NCBI GenBank assembly: GCA_040400605.1
Contig: JBBAPZ010000003.1
Location: forward strand, 1 to 64,000
Reading direction: 5' to 3'
From: Candidatus Sericytochromatia bacterium
GTDB lineage: Bacteria; Cyanobacteriota; Sericytochromatia; S15B-MN24; JAQBPE01
Length of the DNA: 64,000 bases
Below, in pieces: positions 60,431 through 64,000 of this stretch. Numbering within the stretch: position 1 is the first letter of the stretch; each line of letters opens with the position of its first letter. Below the pieces are notes generated by a model. The model did not search any database. It saw nothing but the letters and a program-made list of their open reading frames with translations, and was not told where the DNA came from. Both the position numbers and the translations under genes were made by a program.

Positions 60431-60898
60431 TCAGGAAGGAAAAGGATGCCCCTCTTCGACAGCCAGAATTTTTGCCAACGAGTCAACCTCCCGCCAGTCG
60501 CGATCGTCACGCACCGTCTGCGACTGTTGCAAACGCTTCTTGAGACGGGTTTTAAACAGCCAAACAAGCACTTGATAAAACAGGTTAGCAGGCGGTTTGA
60601 CAAGCTTCTGGTTGAACGCATCTGGTGGTTGTTTGGCATGGCGGGCCACCCAGGCACCGATGGTGTCATCATCCGCACCTGACGCGATGAGTTGCCCCAA
60701 TTCATCAGCCTTGATGCCAAAGAAACCCAAAAAGTTGCGATCGCCTGGACACGGATAAGGCGCATAATCACCCAGCGTACCCGCCTGCATGGCGCGCGTT
60801 TTGTCGATGAGACGCGGTAACCACATAAAACCATGCAAGGTTTCAAACGGGCTCCGGGGTACATTCCGGCTAAGGTCGAGAACGTTCGGCACAAGCAA
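60431..60898 (-). CDS. DUF5069-like protein
   Basis: PRSP...LHGFMWLPRLIDK.RA..AGTLGDY..PCPGD..FLGFFGI. Confidence 0.8.
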   Translation of the reverse strand: MLVPNVLDLSRNVPRSPFETLHGFMWLPRLIDKTRAMQAGTLGDYAPYPCPGDRNFLGFFGIKADELGQLIASGADDDTIGAWVARHAKQPPDAFNQKLVKPPANLFYQVLVWLFKTRLKKRLQQSQTVRDDRDWREVDSLAKILAVEEGHPFPS

Positions 60899-60905
60899 AC
60901 CTTTT

Positions 60906-61118
60906 CTAATTCAACGGCGAATCCATCGGGGGACGCGGCGTTGGCGAAGCTGATGGAACCGGTGTGGCAGTTTGACGAATATAACGGGCAGTCGTCGTGA
61001 GGTTGCTGCGCTCCAACGACTCACTGACACACGCAGATACCCCGATTCCAACCATCAAACCGAATGGCAGGCAGCGACCCAAGCTTGACCTGTAACACGA
61101 GGCAATCCGTTCAATCAT
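60906..61118 (-). CDS. Small putative lipoprotein
   Basis: GVSAC lipobox-like motif; Pro-rich tail; 7 nt gap to the next gene. Confidence 0.45.
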   Translation of the reverse strand: MIERIASCYRSSLGRCLPFGLMVGIGVSACVSESLERSNLTTTARYIRQTATPVPSASPTPRPPMDSPLN

Positions 61119-61528
61119 TGGCACAAACCTGTCAATTTGGCAGACACTTTTGGGGAGCCCCTTGTGAACGACCATTATTTTAGCGTTTCCAAGACGTCAT
61201 CCACAAGCCACGCAACCCTTTTCGACAAATCGTGAGATATTGCCAGAAATGGTGTCGCAACGGCTGTTGGAGTGTCCTTCGCCCGCCAAAACGCCAAAAA
61301 GCGTTCCACTGGGTTAATTGACTCTAAAACGATTGCTATGACTTGAATTGCCGGATTTGAAACAGTACGTGGTCAGTTCCCGGCACGCAGTCCTGGAAGT
61401 CAAGGATTGTGCAATGCTTCCGAGCTTTATCACATAAAGTGGTTTGATCCGTGGCGTTTCGTGGCATAAGGTCTGCGTCGGTCGTAAAGAAACGTATTTG
61501 CGTTGTATGGACTTAGGGGGCCGCACGG

Positions 61529-64000
61529 ATGCGGACAGGTAAGCTTGCCAAGCGGTATAACCCGGTGCGCCTGCTCGGCCAAGGTGCGATGGGTGTTGTC
61601 TGGCTCGTCGAGGACCTCGTCGAACGAACCAACATGGCACTGAAAGTTGTTGCACCCGTCGCACCGACGCGTGAGAGCGCCAATTTGGATCCTGCGGCGA
61701 ATGACTTTGTCGATCGCGACACGCGCTTGGATGATGTGCGACGCTTGCTCAACGAATCAATGACGGGCGAGGATGCGTCACAAAATTTGCCGCCGCTGTC
61801 TTTGTTGCAGTTCAAGCAGGAATTTCGCCTGATGGTTCAGTTGCGACACCCCAATTGCTGCGAGGTGTATGACTACGGCGTACTGGCAAATGGAACGCCC
61901 TTTTTCACGATGGAATTCGTCGAGGGCAATGGGCTGGATGAGTTGTTGCCACTCGATCAAGAGAGTTTCAGACGCATTTTGACGCAACTGTTGGTAGCGG
62001 TAGGCCACGTTCATCAGTTGGGTCTTGTGCACTGTGATATCAAGCCTGCCAACGTGCGGGTACGCTCGGACGGGTTGGTCAAGCTGATGGATTTCGGGTT
62101 GATGGAGCACGCGGGGCGCTCAGGCGGTCCCATTAAAGGCACCTTGGCCTATCTGGCGCCCGAAATTGTGCGGCGGGGTACGATTGATCAACGTGCCGAT
62201 CTCTATGCGGTCGGATGTTTGGCCTATGAAATGTGGACCGGTCAACCGCCCTTTCGCGCCAACCGATCGTTAGAGTTGATTCGGGCACACATCGAACAGC
62301 GACCGGTGGCTCCCGCGCGGGTACGACCCGGCCTCGATCCGGTACTGGATCGAATCATTTTACGTTTGCTGGAAAAAGATACGATACATCGTTACCAGTC
62401 GGCGCACGAAGTGCTGGCGGATCTCGATCGGGCCGGATTGTGGGATGCAGGGCAGGCGGGCGGTACAAACCGCGCGCAACTGCTGGCGTCGCCCATGCTG
62501 GGCCGGGAGGCGGAGCAGGCGTGGCTTGGGGAGGCGTTGACCCAGGCGATGGAAACACGGGTGCGCCAGGCCGTCTTGCTTTGGGGGTCATCAGGCGTTG
62601 GCAAAAGTCGCCTGCTGCAAGACTTTCGGTTTCGGGCCCAACTCGAGAATGTTCCCGTCGCGATGGTGGCGTGCAGCGAGTATGATCAGGCACCGTACTC
62701 GCCTTTCGTCTCAGCGTTGCGTCACCTGTTGCCATCATTGAAGTCGCATGCCCGTCAAGCGTTGGACATTCACGGGCCAGTGCTGACCAAACTTTTGCCA
62801 AACCTGGCTTACACGCCCGTGCCGGACTTGGAACCCCCGTTGGCTGAGCGGATGCGCTTGCAAGCGAGTTTGGCGGAGGTCTTCCTTGCGTTGGCCAAGG
62901 TGCGGGGAGTGGCGTTGATTTTCGACAACTGGCAGCATGCCGACGCGTTATCAACGGAAGTCATGGCTTACTTGTTGCGCAATGTGGGGGATGCATCGTT
63001 TTGTTTGCTGATTGGCATGCAGGAACTGCCTGGCACGGCTGATTGGCTGGAGCATGTCGAGACGCGTGAGCTGACGGGGGTTGCCCCTGATGCGATCCGC
63101 ACCATGATTCGAACCAAACTGGGCACGGAGGACGTCCACGACGCCTTCGTCGAACAGATCACCGAGTTTTCCGAGGGTAAACCCTATTACGTCGAGATGA
63201 TGCTGGAGCACCTCGTTACAACCTCCGTCCTGACAATGGCGCGCGGCACGTGGCGAACCGATGTCAATCTGACGCCGGAAGTCTTGCCCAAGGGTATTGC
63301 CGGTGTCTTGACTGAAAAACTGCGTCGCCTGTCACCATCGGCCCAAGTGGTGGCCAAGATGGCTTCGGCCGTGCGGCATCGTTTCACGTTGGCGTTGCTC
63401 AAGAAACTGTCTGGCTTTGATGACGACGAGTTGCTTGAAGCCATTGCCGCACTCGAATCACTCAATGTGATCATTCAAACGGAGGATGGCAGTTATGCCT
63501 TCGCACGCGATATGGTTCAGAGCTTGCTTTACAACAGCCTGGAACCAGCCGAGCGAAACAGTTATCACACGGCGATCGCACTCGCATTGGAATGGGATGC
63601 CGTGCTGGGCACGCCGGCACAAGGCGGCAAGGTGCGCAAACTGGCCCTGTCGGAGGTTCCCCTCGGCGCATTAAGCGCCATCACTGAACAGTATCTGCGT
63701 GCCAACGTTGCGGAAAAAACAATCATGTTCGCATTGGAGTCCGGTAAACGGCATGCGCGTCTGTATGACAATCACGCAGCATTGCGCTTTCTGGATGCGG
63801 GATTGGCCTTGCTTGACATTCGCACGGAGCCCCGTTGGGACCTCGTTCGTTTGGATTATCACACAGTCTTGGGCGATGTGAAGCGCATGATGGGGAGATT
63901 TGAGGCGGCCATGGAAAGTTACATGATTGCCTTGCCGATCGCACAAGTACACCAGGACGGACCCACTGCAGGCCAATTGTTAACCTCGATTGCCAAAATG
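61529..64000 (+). CDS. Ser/Thr protein kinase fused to a STAND-type AAA ATPase and TPR-like helices (partial, runs off the window)
   Basis: Absent from the ORF track because it has no stop in the window; I translated MRTGKLAKRYNPVRLLGQGAMGVVW..ALKV, HCDIKPAN (62030), DFG, GTLAYLAPE and Walker A GSSGVGKS (about 62585), all in one frame. Confidence 0.92.
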   Translation, partial: MRTGKLAKRYNPVRLLGQGAMGVVWLVEDLVERTNMALKVVAPVAPTRESANLDPAANDFVDRDTRLDDVRRLLNESMTGEDASQNLPPLSLLQFKQEFRLMVQLRHPNCCEVYDYGVLANGTPFFTMEFVEGNGLDELLPLDQESFRRILTQLLVAVGHVHQLGLVHCDIKPANVRVRSDGLVKLMDFGLMEHAGRSGGPIKGTLAYLAPEIVRRGTIDQRADLYAVGCLAYEMWTGQPPFRANRSLELIRAHIEQRPVAPARVRPGLDPVLDRIILRLLEKDTIHRYQSAHEVLADLDRAGLWDAGQAGGTNRAQLLASPMLGREAEQAWLGEALTQAMETRVRQAVLLWGSSGVGKSRLLQDFRFRAQLENVPVAMVACSEYDQAPYSPFVSALRHLLPSLKSHARQALDIHGPVLTKLLPNLAYTPVPDLEPPLAERMRLQASLAEVFLALAKVRGVALIFDNWQHADALSTEVMAYLLRNVGDASFCLLIGMQELPGTADWLEHVETRELTGVAPDAIRTMIRTKLGTEDVHDAFVEQITEFSEGKPYYVEMMLEHLVTTSVLTMARGTWRTDVNLTPEVLPKGIAGVLTEKLRRLSPSAQVVAKMASAVRHRFTLALLKKLSGFDDDELLEAIAALESLNVIIQTEDGSYAFARDMVQSLLYNSLEPAERNSYHTAIALALEWDAVLGTPAQGGKVRKLALSEVPLGALSAITEQYLRANVAEKTIMFALESGKRHARLYDNHAALRFLDAGLALLDIRTEPRWDLVRLDYHTVLGDVKRMMGRFEAAMESYMIALPIAQVHQDGPTAGQLLTSIAKM

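Overview
A GC-rich bacterial chromosomal window with about 50 genes. I found no rRNA, tRNA, CRISPR array, integrase or transposase. The main feature is a ~16 kb island (9771-26206) bracketed by a ~200 bp direct repeat of the 5' end of recQ. It carries a tightly coupled minus-strand operon encoding an apparently complete eukaryote-like ubiquitination cascade: TM-FHA-vWA protein, E1 (ThiF), membrane protein with a RING-like Zn finger, JAB peptidase, ubiquitin-like protein with a C-terminal extension (TVAG-RELL), E2 (HPN..C), and a second, membrane-anchored JAB. The same strand continues with two coiled-coil proteins and a radical SAM enzyme. A two-domain Cdc48/Ycf46-type AAA+ ATPase converges on the operon and an NHL-repeat membrane protein diverges from it. 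Elsewhere the window has the end of a 2-oxoacid dehydrogenase operon (E2, lpdA), a decaying tandem array of DUF4870 genes interleaved with toxin-antitoxin modules, gltB-amtB, a PhoX-like phosphatase, ovothiol synthase ovoA, msrA, pepA, a MalT-like/BTAD regulator, a Ser/Thr kinase-STAND ATPase that runs off the right edge, and many orphan lipoproteins, three of which share a Tyr/Gly-rich tail. The cyanobacterial palindrome HIP1 (GCGATCGC) occurs about 46 times by manual count. Together with the lipoprotein style, this suggests a Cyanobacteriota member, possibly a non-photosynthetic lineage such as Ca. Sericytochromatia; that assignment is inference only. All family calls come from reading motifs by eye, and no database search was run.
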